From Azolla caroliniana (lineage: Eukaryota > Plantae > Polypodiophyta), in assembly GCA_043228905.1 (NCBI GenBank), contig JBHGNT010000016.1:5518001-5582000 (forward strand): 64,000 nucleotides of DNA. The letters run 5' to 3'. Every line of letters begins with the position of its first letter. Position 1 is the first letter of the stretch. The notes beneath the pieces are model-generated. The model made no database searches and was not told the DNA's origin. It saw only the letters and a list, made by a program, of their open reading frames with translations. Shown piece by piece: positions 49,959 to 63,441 of this stretch. The translations under genes were made by a program, and so were the position numbers.

Positions 49959-50390
49959 TGTCACGGACACACAAACTACGAACTCGGACAGAGCACAGAT
50001 GATTGGGGTACGAGTGTGGAACTTAAGAAGCTAGGAATGACACGAGCGTAAAGACAGAGATGAAGAAGGAGACAAGATGGAATAAAACAAGAATACTAGA
50101 TTGATGTGTCAATGCATGACGTTGAATCCCTTGAAAGGGACCAAGGAGGTTACAAGTATTTATACTGTGAGCTAAAGTACATGCATTAGAATATTTTGGA
50201 GAATATTCTATAACCCTTTAGAACCTTTTAGTTCTAGAACTTTCTAGAGGTATGTACACAAAGAGTATTTCTAGATGAAGTACATTATATATAAATAAAT
50301 GCTCATAATGGTTGAGCATGATATCTTGTTGAGTGAGATTGCAAGTTCAGTCCTCACCAATTATGTATTTTATGTCACTATGTCGTGACA
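49959..50390 (-). mobile_element. Solo LTR (432 bp), Tcn1/chromovirus-like
   Basis: TGTCACG...CGTGACA termini with 5-bp TSD AAACA (49954-49958, 50391-50395); TCTAGA-rich like the LTR at 20546; TATAAATA on the minus strand near 50160. Confidence 0.88.
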
Positions 50391-50548
50391 AAACATCTCA
50401 CCTCCCTAATTAAGGAGCTACACAACACTTGTTTGTATACCCTTGACACAAATCCAAATGCATCGTTGTTGACATGGGTAAGTGTGTAGTAGGATCATGT
50501 CGCATGAGAGTGCAGTAGATATACTTATTGAGGTAGTTGATAACTTTG

Positions 50549-50910
50549 TAGGAGTTGGCAACGGCTCGGTTCAAGCCTAAATCAAGCCGTTAAACCATTT
50601 TTAAACGGTTTGGCAAGTTGGATCGAGCTTGAGCTTCATAAACCGGTTTGAGCTCGGTTTGGCAAGTTGGATCGAGCTTGAGCTTCATAAACCGGTTTGA
50701 GCTCGGTTTGGCAAAGTTCAAGCCGAGCCAAACCAGACATATCCACATCGGTTAAGGCTCAACCAGTTTGACCATACACATTAAGTCAAAATTGGTTTAC
50801 GAACTAGTTTGCTTCAAGTTTGAAAACTTCCAAACTGGTTAAGGCTTGACTGGTTTAGTTTGGACAAGGCCAAACCAGTTAAGCTGAAACCGAACTATTG
50901 CCAATTCCTA
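50549..50910. mobile_element. hAT-like MITE with an internal ~49-bp tandem duplication
   Basis: TIRs TAGGAGTTGGCAA / TTGCCAATTCCTA, many AAACCG/CGGTTT subterminal motifs; TSD not recognisable. Confidence 0.7.
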
Positions 50911-53900
50911 TCAATGATAAGTGTGTACACGTGTGATGGATCCCAATTATGTAATAAAGGATTCTTACGGGGGAAACATTTTTGCGAATGTAAATATACA
51001 TTTAGTTAAATATACATTCACTAACATTTACCCCCTTCTATATAGAGTTGTTACTCATTCTTAGGCACCCTACGTCATTGGCAATGAGACAATTCCCTTC
51101 TTCTAGGTATGCATGTGTAGGGGGAGTGAATCACCTTTTCAAATGTAAACTCTATTTTAATAGTGTGGGGTAATTTGAGGTATATTAGGCTTGCCAAACC
51201 CTAAACTAATTGCTTTGTTAACTATTAGCTCTTATTAAACCTATGGTTTGGCTTCCATTCTTGAGATTTAATGTGGGGATTTGCTTTGTAAAAGGCGGTA
51301 ACAATTCTAGAATAATCTATATTTATATGCTTTCCTTCCCCACTAGCCTATACTTGCTACAAGATATTCCACATTTCGAATTTTCTAGTAATCAAACAAG
51401 GTTTCTCAAAACATATATGCATTGCTTCCCATGACCCCCTAGTTGATCACATATATCAGCCAAGTTGATGATCACATGATAGATTTATGACAAAAAACAA
51501 GATAAACTCATAAAGACAGTTCCTTTCAGTATTTTAATGTCTTATATCCATGCCCATTTCCATCCATTATTCAAGGTAGAAAATATCACGACATCACATG
51601 AACCGCATACCAAGTGGAGGCATGACAACATGTGCCAAAATAGTTTGGATGTCAGAATTTCTTCTTTTAATGCCCTTTTCAACCACGACAAAAAACTTGG
51701 TTGCTTATGGATCCAAGTTCAATGTTGAATCCAATAAAAATTTTAAGTCGTAAATATGCTTTAAGAAAACTAAGTGAAATGGTGATAAAGTGCATCTTCG
51801 TAGTACATTCCATATGGAGAAAGTGAAAATCAAGAAGGTATAATATCATTTATATAACCAAAAAACAAAGAGGTGAGCAACTTCATTAGTAAATAAGATT
51901 CGATTTTTCATCAAAGTTGAACTTGCATGACTAACAACTACCTTTGTCATGATTATTTTATCAAGTTTTACCACGGATTTACGATTCAAAATGATTTTCA
52001 TTGTAACATGAATATGTTACACCAAGTATCAGAATTACGAACACGATGTTTCTAAATATTATTGCCAATGTTGTGGGAATTATAAAACAAGATGTTAGTA
52101 AACATTATATAGAAAGGTTTTGGAAATAGTATAACGAGGCATATTATCATCTTTGCCATATTGGTGCGTAGTAGAATTACATTTGATAGGACAATTGTCC
52201 AAAACCGTATTTGACATACTATCTCTTGTTGATGATGAGACCAAAACATAATAATTTATGATCAACAATTCTTACAATTGAATGAAGAAATATGGATACA
52301 TGGTAAAAAACATGTTGACATTATCATTATCACAAACACATATATCGAACGAAGTACTAAAAAAATTATCGTTTTATGTATAATTCAAGAAAATCCAACA
52401 TTTTCAACTCAATATGTGCTTTTTGCCTTCCTTTGTCATCAATTGTGTCACATGAGTGTTGCAAATATAATATCATATCGAAGCAAAGAAAAAGCAAAAG
52501 GGCATCTACTTCAAAATTTGTTTTGGTGGGCAACACATGTTGAAAACAAAAGGTGAATGAAGGATGATCTAACAAAGAGCATATATAACTTCATTCAGGA
52601 CTAATGCACCTATCCTAGTGTATTCTTGCTTGCTTACTGAACCCAAGTTGGCATCAATCATTTGCCTACCAAACTTGACCTGCTTTCATCTTGGGGCTTG
52701 ACCGCTTTATTACTCATTGTTGAGGATTTGCTTCCTTGTTTGTTGGGGCACTCGGCCACAATAAAGAGAAAGATGTGTTCAGTGGGGCTTATCTAATATA
52801 TATATATATATATATATATGTTGCTCAAATCAACTTTGATAGAAGGGATCTCCATAGCTCATAAATTTGCTACATAGCAAGTCGAAGTATTTCCATGTGA
52901 TATTGGATTTCTTAGTTTATGTTCAGAAATTGGAGTTGATAAACTCTATTGGAAAACCATAAAGGATGTCATTTAGTCATGATAAATTCATTTCAACAAT
53001 GGAAATCTATCTTCGCATGCGTGTGTGTGTGTGCGCGCACACACACACACATACACACCTCACATCACAACATTGTCCATTGCCCCGATGGCCATTGCAT
53101 CCCCTACCTTACGATCTAGGATTCCTAAATGAACGTGACCATCCATCCCATTTGAGAACTAGTCCATCCTTTCAATCTTTAAACCATTGTTATGCTTCCA
53201 CACTTGATAAGGAGAGCACAATTAGCACCATTGGGCCCACCTCTGTCAAGACGAGGATTCTCTTGATTGGATGCTCATTTTCGAGTATAGGATCTTTTGA
53301 CCACATGCTTCAATAGAGGTGCATGCTCCTTAGTCAAGCATGCCTATGTGGAATGGGTGGTGTGCTTCTCTTCTAAACATGTTGTGTTGCTCTTTAAGGG
53401 GTCTATGATTGCAATTTTATGTGTGGTTGTATGGATAGTGTGTTGCTCTTGGGGGGTGCATTTTGAGTTGGAGGGAGCCAATGATCCTTTTGGAAGTTCT
53501 AGTGTGCCACACATTTGGGAGTGTGTAGAAAGAAGGAAGCATGGGTGGTGACCACGTAATCTCAATGGTGAGGTAGTTATCTACCCCACATATCTCAAAG
53601 TTGTGGTTAATGATCACTCCTTTTTACTTTTGGTTGGAACCATTTTCCAATCACAAATTTACAATTGTGTTTACCATTTTGGGACTACCCCAAAATGGTT
53701 ACAATACTAACTCCCACACTTGTGTTAGTTATTAATGGATGCTAACTCCATTTAATGTCAAAAGAAGGGTAAAATTAGTGTTGTTGGCCTTGAATGACAA
53801 CACTACTAGGCATCTATTGGTTGATGTTTTCAGGAGTCTTTTCAAGAACTTTGTTGCCTTGTAGTATAGGGACAATAGCTTCCCCATATCTAGCACAAAG

Positions 53901-54121
53901 CTTGAGTCTAACTGTCTTCAACACATCATGTCAAGGGTTTAGGATGTAGCCTCAAAAGCTTTTCAACCATAAAACTTGTTTGGCTAAGATATGATCTAGG
54001 TCTTCATATTCCAAATTCATAGGTCCAACCATCTTAAACTTCCATAATGAGTAATTAACCTTGTCTTCGCCTTGTGTTGAACTACTAACATTGTTTGGTT
54101 ATGGTATTTAATCCTTTGTTC

Positions 54122-54462
54122 TTATTGGTCATACCCTAAGTTTCGTACTTCATTAGAAACTCGTTGGTGTTGCTCCTCTTGGACAAGGCTCACATATTCT
54201 TGCACTTTCTATATTTTAGTGACAGCGTTGGGGTAAGTTTCCAAGTGAGTTGTTAATTTCCTTTGAAGTTTGTCTCTTGGGCTTGTGTTTTATTGGTCAT
54301 ACCCTAAGTTTCGTACTTCATTAGAAACTCGTTGGTGTTGCTCCTCTTGGACAAGGCTCACATATTCTTGCACTTTCTATATTTTAGTGACAGCGTTGGG
54401 GTAAGTTTCCAAGTGAGTTGTTAATTTCCTTTGAAGTTTGTCTCTTGGGCTTGTGTTTTATT
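54122..54462. repeat. Apparently perfect tandem duplication, 168-bp unit x2
   Basis: TTATTGGTCATACCCTAAG... starts at 54122 and 54290; TTATT microhomology at the junctions. Confidence 0.93.
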
Positions 54463-57400
54463 CATTGCATTATGATATCTCCCCATTTATTGAAGGTGTC
54501 TTTTATGAGGCTTTGTTACCATGACCATTTCTTTTATACTATTTATGAGGTGTCTTTTATTAGGCTTTGTGTGCTCTCCAATGTTGATCACAAGGTATTG
54601 GTGTTTAAAAGTGCATGAGATGAATCTATCATGAACCAATCAAGGATTACTAAATTATTATCATACACTAGGTTCCAATATGGCGCATTCCATATTTGGC
54701 AATAGCGAGCATATCACCAACTTCAAGATAGAATCATACCTTGATTCAGAAAATGGGTATCATGAGGTCGAAACCATATTCGTTTGTCTATGATATAATC
54801 TTCATCTTTGTCTGCTTCCCATGCTAGTAACCCCCCCTCAAATATTATGGTCATCCATGAGAAATGCTAGCTTTTTATTCGTGTAAGTTCTAAATGTGCA
54901 TTTGCACTCGATAAGTTGTTATTTATTCTCATATGGAGAACATTGTTTCTTAAGTATAATACAAGCTAACTTATGCAAAGGAAAGATTGTCTTAACATGC
55001 AATCATATGCTACCTAGTTGGCCGATATGGTTACTACAAAAGTAATATGGTACTCAACATCGTATATGGTGAAGGGTGTTCATATGATACCCCTAGACCC
55101 TAAAAGCTAAACCCTCAAGATGTTGTCAAACCATTGGGGTTGTGGAGATTTACCATTGCATTTGCCCATCTTAGCATTACCCAATTAGTTCTACTAACAA
55201 AATTTCACTCTTGATCACAATATTATTGGAGTGGTAACATTGTTTAATATTTACCTTTATGAGGTGTATGAAACTAGTCTCGTCATCTCAAAAGGGTAGC
55301 AACCCAAGTCTTCGCTTTTGGTGGTTCTAGGATTGATGTCATGATATGGCAGGTGTGAAAGGGGAAAATCTCCTAAACGTCAAGTTTCATAATAGGTTAA
55401 GATTATGCAGATATGTATATGGGAGAAAAAGAGGCTATAAAGATTAAGTAAATATCATAAAATAGTTCAAATGCTAAGAGTTTAAATTGGAAAAAAGTGT
55501 CATAAAGCTCACAAAAGAGGATGGAGGAAAAAGATGAGCTATAATTTGTAAGCCGCAACAATGAAGGGTGAGAAATATACAATCATATTAGTGAAACTTT
55601 TGCTAGCATCAATGTACATGCAAGAATAATAATAAGGGCATGCCAAAAGAAAAGGCAATGGTGCATACTAAAAAGAAGAAAACATTATTTTTATTTGACG
55701 AAGGAGGTCTTGAAAGCTATATAATGTGCGACAAAGCTCATTGCTATGTTCAAGAAATTTGGGAATCAAGCACCCAAGGCTTATCAACAAACCGAATATT
55801 AGGCGGCAATGAATCACAAGTTCTATAGTGATACATGTGTATGTGAATGGACACGGTCATCAAAAAGTGATATTTACATATGCATGTTTGAGTATCAACA
55901 CTGTATCATTGATCCACTCCTACAAGTATTGAAAGTTTGAACTCAGAATATGAGCATTGGAAGTGAAACTTCAATCAAATTTGTCAGCTCCTAGACCCTA
56001 AATCAGACCTAGGGACCCCTAAAACATACTTGCGCCCCTTTTCGTATCTAGGGCAATCCCAAATTGGCTTCACCTATGGATTATTTGGATTTGGGCGAAA
56101 AAGAAGGCTTATGAGCAACAAATGATTATTCTTCAAACTACAACAAAGAAAGAAGGAGCAACTGACAAAGTGCAACTCTTGTGTTGTTGCTTGGCGTCAA
56201 TTGCCTACATACCATGCCAAGGCTACAACTTTGTGTTTCCAAGCCTGGGCTTCACACCCACTCAACATTCTCATTTCCCCTTTTTTCCTATTCACACCCA
56301 CCCCTCGAGAGCTATACCCTAACTACCACAAAGCAAGGGAACTTATGTTCCCAAAACACCTCCTTTTCAATAAGATACATATACCTTCCAAATTTCTACA
56401 TCTCCCCTCCCCCTTAAAATTCAACTAACACATACATACAAACACAAATCTACAAATATACATGCACAAGCACAAGCACATACACAAACACAACTACACT
56501 CACATACATGTGGGCACATATATACATGTAGGCACATACACATTACATATATGTATAACACAAACACATTCACAAGACTATGCTCTTGAGAGCACATATA
56601 AACTAACACAAATATATCAACATTCACAAATTTATACACTACTTCACATACACAACTACTTTGCACACACATTCGCACGAGTGAGTTCATATGAGCCCAT
56701 GTCAACAAAAGGCTGCACATAACACATAAAAAACAATTCCTCAAACCACAGGTCATTTGCACATATACTCACAAAATCAAGCATATCCATGAACACATGC
56801 ACATGCACGCAAAATAGTGCACGTGTAGACACTTAACTAACTAAATACACTATTATAAATCCTTTCTTATGAAAATTGAACGAGAAAAATTAACCGTATG
56901 TTCTGATGCACACAACCACCAAATACATGTGTGTTATCTTGTCCATATAGAGTGTATTCACAAGTGCATCCACTTAAATCAAGGAAGAAAAGATCAACAT
57001 GCCATCTAACATGAATTCATGTTTTCCTTATCCTATCTCCACAAAAATTCATGTTTCTCTTCAAGATTGAGACAAGCCTGTTTTGTATTTTACATATTTC
57101 AAACATGAGGATTTAGACGATAGATATATGCTTTCCCTTCTTGTTCCATTCTCAATAAATTGGGTACCTAAAGTGGGGGGCAAGAAACAACCACAAATAG
57201 GGGCACTATTACCAATGGGAAATTTACATTCAGATTTAGCCACCATCAATTGATGGAACTGCCTGCCCTTTTGCTCCCCAATTGATACAACTTAACGTTG
57301 CCAATGTTTTTGATATGGGCAAGCATTGTCATTACGATTTTATGGGTGATCCATGTTGAATGAGGTACTATGCACAAGCAACATCCTTTTGAATGACTCA

Positions 57401-58507
57401 AACATCCTATATGCACGTTTATCATGTGGTAAAGCCTTCCATCATCCAAAAAAACAAATTGTTTTGTAGAGGGCCTCAATAGTGCTACATACATCAAAGC
57501 TTGTGTGGTCACTTCTCGAAGAGCCATGATTCCATATGAAGCTCCAAGAAATATGCTTGGTGTGGATATTAACACGTGCCGAGCATAACCAAGGCTCGCT
57601 TAGAAGCAACAAATAGCAACCCTGCCAATTTAGACCATAGTGAAATACAACCTAGTAACATCAACACCACCAGTATATATAAGACCTCCAAGGATATGAA
57701 CAGTACATGGTAGTGAATTTGTCCATATTTTAAAGCAAATTTGAAGTTACATTATTTAAAAAAACATATCCGAATGATGGAAAGATTAACCATAGACAAC
57801 CAAAAAGTCAAAATAATTGACATAATATATATCAAAACTTCATAACCAAGTGTACAAAATAAAATTTCCTTTTTAGGCAAGTTACGCATGTATATTTTAT
57901 TTACTCCACGCATTGTACATGGAATCTTTACATGAAGTAATAAATAAATAAACAATCTTCTTACAGCTTCTACTTGGCTGATTTGCATCTCTATTCAATC
58001 AACAAGCGCATCCTATATCACATTTCCTATTATACTTCACAATTGAGTGGAGTACTGGTTTGAATAATTATAGCAAATTAGGGCTTCTCCAAAGGCCGAA
58101 TGATACCACTTGGTTAATTTCATCATAAAATAGACTAAGTGCTGGGCTAAGGATATGTCTGATAACGAAAGTAAAGGAGCAAATGCTCCAACAAAAACAA
58201 CTTTATTTCAACATCTTGCTGAACCAAAAGATACATCCCGGACTCTCAAGGTCATGTTTCCAAGAATAAATTTGATCAGTATGTATAACCTTTTGCAATG
58301 ATGCATACGTTCCCAATTATAAAACATTATAAAGAGCACACCAAATCCACACACGACATGCTATCCATGCTCTACTGATAGAATAGGGCTCATAACACTC
58401 CTTTGAATTCCTCTCATGAATTGGAAGTGAATGCAAAAATTGTTATGCTTTCCTGTGGTAGTGATGCAAAATTAGTGACTGTTTCTTTATATGCTAGATA
58501 TTGCTCT

Positions 58508-58688
58508 CTATTGAAAAATGCTGCTCACTGAGCTGTCATCGTAAACACGCCAAATTGTCTCACCAAGGAGGTTTGCTACAGACAATACTGTTAGTTGTGG
58601 AAAATAGTTTTCCTCTTTCACCGGGATTGTGTTTGTGATGATAACTTCTTGAAAAAGGCCGCCAGATAGTCGTTCAATCGCAGGAGGG
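58508..58688 (-). CDS. PRS: PRPP synthetase last exon
   Basis: PPAIERLSGGLFQEVIITNTIP..LSVANLLGETIWRVYDDSSVSSIFQ-TAG; 181 bp. Confidence 0.95.
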
Positions 58689-59308
58689 CTGCAGAGTTTA
58701 ACATTCTTTTTTATTCTAACTGTAATAATAGATAGAGAAAATTACATTAAACTCTTTTTCAGAAAACACCAGCTTTATCCATAAGTTCCCGAAAGTTGCC
58801 AAAACATCATCCCCTTCAAGACGTAACTTTTGTATTAAGGGAGGTTTTCTTTAGAAACTTAGAGATATACCCTAGAGTAATGTTTAAAATCCCATAGGGA
58901 GTATGGCCTAATAGTAATAGTTTTTAAGAAAGAGTTTGTAAATGTTTCAGTGTATTTCAGATATATCCCCCAGAGTTTCTAAATGTTGCCAAAAAGCCTC
59001 AAATAGTGACTTTCGTACTATGAAGGATAATATTTGGAGGGGGGTATACTCCAGATTATAATACTAGGATGTTAAATGTACAAAACAGTCTCTTGGTAAA
59101 TATGGTGTAGATAACGCAATCTCAATGGCGTAAAACACAATAGAAGCTAGCCTATTTTGCATCATCAAGATGAACCACTATATTTAGGAGAAAAATAACT
59201 ACAAAAAAGAAATCATTTTGAATTTTTTCCAAATAAAGAATACTTCCTCTTGATGTAGACAGTTCCTAGCTTCTTCACTTGCGTGTTTTAACATTAGCAA
59301 TAACCAAC

Positions 59309-59390
59309 CTGAAGATTGCATGAGTACTGCAGGCATACACCTCACGTGCACCTTCTTGATGAAGAAGCGCAGCTCCGTTAGTTATTGTCC
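59309..59390 (-). CDS. PRS: PRPP synthetase exon
   Basis: (G)TITNGAALLHQEGAREVYACSTHAIF(S); 82 bp, AG/GT. Confidence 0.95.
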
Positions 59391-59486
59391 CTGTGTCATG
59401 ATATCAATTAGATAACATTCCATGTACTTTAGTTATATATAAACATTAAAACAAAATACCTATAAAGAATTCAAGAGTATGCTTAC

Positions 59487-59556
59487 CAGCTGTGTCTATC
59501 ATGTCATCGACCATAACTGCAACCTTCCCTTTTACATCTCCTATAAGATTCATTAC
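59487..59556 (-). CDS. PRS: PRPP synthetase exon (PRPP-binding motif)
   Basis: [24 protein letters not shown]; 70 bp, AG/GT, phase consistent with the next exon. Confidence 0.95.
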
Positions 59557-59851
59557 CTAAGAATTTACAGCCAGCATCAACATCTTATCCAGTAGGAAAA
59601 TGGATTAGTCAAAAACAGGGAAAAAAGCTAAAAACAATCATTCAAAAAAATAAAAATTTTGAACTAAACATATGGTCATGTTTCAAACACAGATTGTACT
59701 ACTCCTAACGTGTTTCTCGGAGAAATTAAAAATTGATTCAAAATGGGCCCTCTAATATTTATCAATCTTGGTATAAACATTATAAGGCCTATTTTGAATC
59801 AATTTTAAATTTCTCTGAGTAACATACAGACTTTTAAATAAAATAATATAC

Positions 59852-60019
59852 CTCTGCCACATTATGCCCTTGTCGACGTTTATCGACAATGGCCAGAGGT
59901 GCATCTGATAGTTTCTTTGCAAAAGTTCGAGCTCGTGCAACACCGCCAACATCAGGAGAGACAACCACTAAATCTTGCGATGATATCATCTTGCTCGCTA
60001 AATAATCCAATATGACAGG
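59852..60019 (-). CDS. PRS: PRPP synthetase exon
   Basis: [37 protein letters not shown]; 168 bp, AG/GT. Confidence 0.95.
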
Positions 60020-60084
60020 CTAATTTGAAAACCAATGAATCAACAAAATGAATCAGCCAATACACATACATATACACATAAACG

Positions 60085-60119
<35 letters not shown>

Positions 60120-60146
60120 TCAAAATAAGATAGCAAGAGTTCATAC

Positions 60147-60290
60147 CTGCCCATAAACATGATCTACCGGTATATCAAAATAACCCATAGATTGCCCAGA
60201 ATGAAGATCACATGCAAGGACACGATTTGCCCCAGCTTCAGTAATCAAATTTGCAACAAGCTTCGCAGCGATTGATTCACGACCATGTGT
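60147..60290 (-). CDS. PRS: PRPP synthetase exon
   Basis: [48 protein letters not shown]; 144 bp, AG/GT. Confidence 0.95.
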
Positions 60291-61631
60291 CTGAGAAGTA
60301 TGTCTATGTCATTAGACATTTGAAAAAAAAGTTCCATAATTGATGCCATGCAATAATAGTATTGATATTGAAAAACTCAAGCCTAATGAGATTTGAAATC
60401 TGTCCGGGGGAGGTTTGTGTTAATTTGTGTTCACATTAGCTGTACAATTAAACACAAGATTTTGAGTTACCAACTAATGGATGATTTTCTGCGGTGGTCA
60501 TATTGTGGTTGAGATTTATATTCATGTGCGTTGAATGTATGTGCACATGTGAATAAGTGTGTGCACACTTTAATGCTAATGTTGTGTATGTGTATGTTCC
60601 TTTTAACTTGTGCATTGTGTGCAAATATATTTTGTATGTGTGTCTGTACATGCACACATCTGTGAGTGGAAATGCAAGTGTCAAACTTGAAAATGCGGAA
60701 TTGAAATGTTGAAAACATTAGAATAAGAGGAAAGCAGTTAATTGGAGGGAGAGTCAACTAATGAAAGGAGAGGTGGTTTCTAAATCCAATCATTTGAAGA
60801 AGGAATATAATAGCAGGGCGAAAAAAAATGCAGGGGAGAACATGAGGCCCACGAGCAAGAAAGTAGAGAGAGTTCACTATAGCTGCTCATTATTCCACTC
60901 TCATCATTCCTATCATAAACCATCATCGCCATCATTTTGTTCGATCCATCATCATAACCATCATAAAAATGATGCCGTTGCCCAGTGAAACACAAGGGCT
61001 AGCATAAAGCAATGCTGGAGAGGCATTTGACCAATGGAATCCTCAGTAGGCAGAGCCAAACGAAGAGACGGGAAATGGGAGGGATCTGCTCAATTGAGAT
61101 CAAGGAACAAAGTATTTCATAGGGTAGAAAAGTATCTACATTGACTTCAATGGTTTGAATCTTTCTTGAAACACATGCTGTCAGAAGTTCACCTAAGGTG
61201 TAATTGGCTTTCTGTATCATATTCAACGGGTGTCAATGTTCAAATCTCACATGGAACAAATGTTGATGGATTTTCATCTAAGTTGAAATTGGGTGTATAT
61301 ATATATATATATATAGATATATTACATATATATAGATATAGATATAGATAGATATTGAGTTTCCCATCTTGAGGTATTGATAGTACTTTTGGTTTCTTTG
61401 TGGGTTAATCAGGGTCAGCTAGTATAAAAAACAGCGCGCCAAACTGCAAACCATGCATATAAGGAATAGCAAAACAAGTGCAAATCATAGTCATGGGTCA
61501 AACTATACAACATGGATATGAAAAATAATTTATCAAGGATAACTCCCAAAAACCATAAATGGTTTTTTGCAATGGCTTTTCTTGTTTCGACTTTTCTATA
61601 TAATTGTAGCACAATTTGAAATCTATTATAC

Positions 61632-61880
61632 CTTACGATCCGCTCTTGCATAACCAAAATATGGAATAACTGCTGTAACTGTTTTTGCAGAGGCACGTCG
61701 GCATGCATCAATCATTATCAAAAGCTCCATCAAATTCTCATTTGCAGGTGGACATGTTGGCTGCACCAGAAAAACATCACAACCTCGGACACTCTCTTGA
61801 AGTTGAACATAGATTTCTCCATCTGCAAACCTTTTGATGTTGATCTTGCTGAGATCAAGGCCCATGTAGCAAGCAATCTC
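61632..61880 (-). CDS. PRS: Ribose-phosphate pyrophosphokinase (class I PRPP synthetase, PRS1/2-like), first exon visible in the window
   Basis: [43 protein letters not shown]; 249 bp with AG/GT boundaries; the upstream exon was not found up to 64000. Confidence 0.95.
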
Positions 61881-63161
61881 CTGTAAATTTCCAGAATCAG
61901 ATGTAGCAAAACGACAACCCACAAGTCCTCATGAGTATTCCCCTTCACTCTCACTACACTTAGAAAACCATCTTATTTCATGGAATTTTTCCATCTATCA
62001 ACTTTGTCACACTTTACAAGCATGTAAATGTTCATTACATAGCTATTTGATTAGTGACCATGCTAAATGCTAAATTAAACATCACCATTATATAATTTAT
62101 GTTCCTCATTAGTTATTTTCTATGTCTTTCTAGTAGTAACTAGCCCACCTTTGTATTTTTTTTCATGGACATGCCAAAGACCTAGGGTTGTTGCCATGCA
62201 GTGTGAAACCATGGCCTTGTATAAAAACCTCATTTCATGAAGAATACCAGACATTTTCCTTAGGTCAAGTTTTAATTCCTTTGCATGAGTGAGAGAATTG
62301 TTTTAACCTCTTTTTCTCTTTTATGTCTTACTCTTAATCTCTTCTTCATTCATAATTGGTGACCATATTGAAATTGAGAATTAATCAATCGCTTGGGAAA
62401 AGAATTAGTAAGAACCCCATCTCCTTCCAAGCCTAATTGTCCTTAACATAACAGATCCAAGAAACTTCCTGTCGTCCTCAGTTTTAGTGGAAGGGTGAAA
62501 TGTTCGCACTACTGCTGGGAATGGCACTTTTCAGAAGTTGAAGGCATTCCTTGCTTTTTTTTTAGAGGTTATTTGGCAGTAACCTTGTTTTCAAAGATAA
62601 TAAGCACTGAAATTTTAGTAAGTATGAGTAAAAATGAAATGATGAGTGATTATTTTCTAAATTTCGATAACCTCTACAAAAGAAGAGGGGCAAGGAAATA
62701 ACCATCACTGGGAAAACCTCACAAAGTATCATATTTAAAGTACACTAGAGCTTTTGTAAACAGAAATATTAAAATATATTGATCAAAAAATTTATGCTTC
62801 TTACTATTTGAATTTCTTTCTAACAATTTCTTACAAAGTCAGTTTTTAATGAATTTTGTTTTCAAAAGCCCCAGTTGCATGTTCAGTATGGTATTTTGGG
62901 GGGTTTAACGAATATTATTTCCTTCCCCTCTTTTTTTAGAGGTTATCTAACTTGAGACAAGAATCAATCATCATCACAGTTGTTAAAATTTCAGCCCTGT
63001 GTAACTCCAAATAAAGCACATGGTGAGAACAAGGAAATGGAGAGATAGTATGCTTCATAGTCTCACTAGGAAAGTACTCACCAACTTACTGAGACCCTAA
63101 GAACGGTCAGCTATACATAGGTAAATAGAGCTTACTGTATACCACCACTCAGCCACAAGCT

Positions 63162-63441
63162 GTAAGCCATAATTTTATTGACCAACTTACAAATTGTCAA
63201 ACATCATGAATTGCACCAATTGCAGAATGTAAGGATTGAACACATGACCTTTTGGTGTCTGTAGGACAGCAATGCAAAGTAAGTCGAGAGGAAGAAATGT
63301 CTAGACCTGATAGATGTAGCTCAGTTGCTAAGGCTGTCTAACAGAAACCAAAAGGTCATGTGTTCAACCCTTACATTCTGCAATTGGTGCAATTCATGAT
63401 ATTTGACTATTGGTACAAGGATAAATAAAATTATGGCTTAC
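63162..63441. mobile_element. Inverted repeat (two ~109-bp arms) containing a tRNA-derived SINE-like head, in the presumed PRS intron
   Basis: Arms 63162-63270 and 63333-63441; on + strand an A-box-like TAGCTCAGTTGC (63317-63328), a B-box-like GTTCAACCC (63362-63370) and a tRNA-like AAGGTCATGTGTTC arm. Confidence 0.65.

Noticed and set aside
54470-55350. Possible decayed LINE RT (LSNVDHKVL resembles LLNVDYKIL)
   Set aside because: Only one weak motif; too degenerate to call without a profile search.
56421-56830. Cys/Val-rich and His/Thr-rich ORFs
   Set aside because: Translation artefacts of degenerate (CA)n/(TG)n low-complexity DNA.
57246-57700. 109-aa minus-strand ORF, possibly an RTE-type LINE C-terminus
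   Set aside because: Resemblance is vague; no tail or TSD identified.
61881-61922. N-terminal part of ORF 61626-61922 as the PRS start
   Set aside because: Intron read-through upstream of the CAG acceptor at 61881-61883; the conserved N-terminal PRS segment is absent, so the real first exon lies elsewhere.
63310-63382. Functional tRNA gene
   Set aside because: D-loop GG, T-loop and anticodon arm are degenerate; better explained as SINE-like or a pseudogene.
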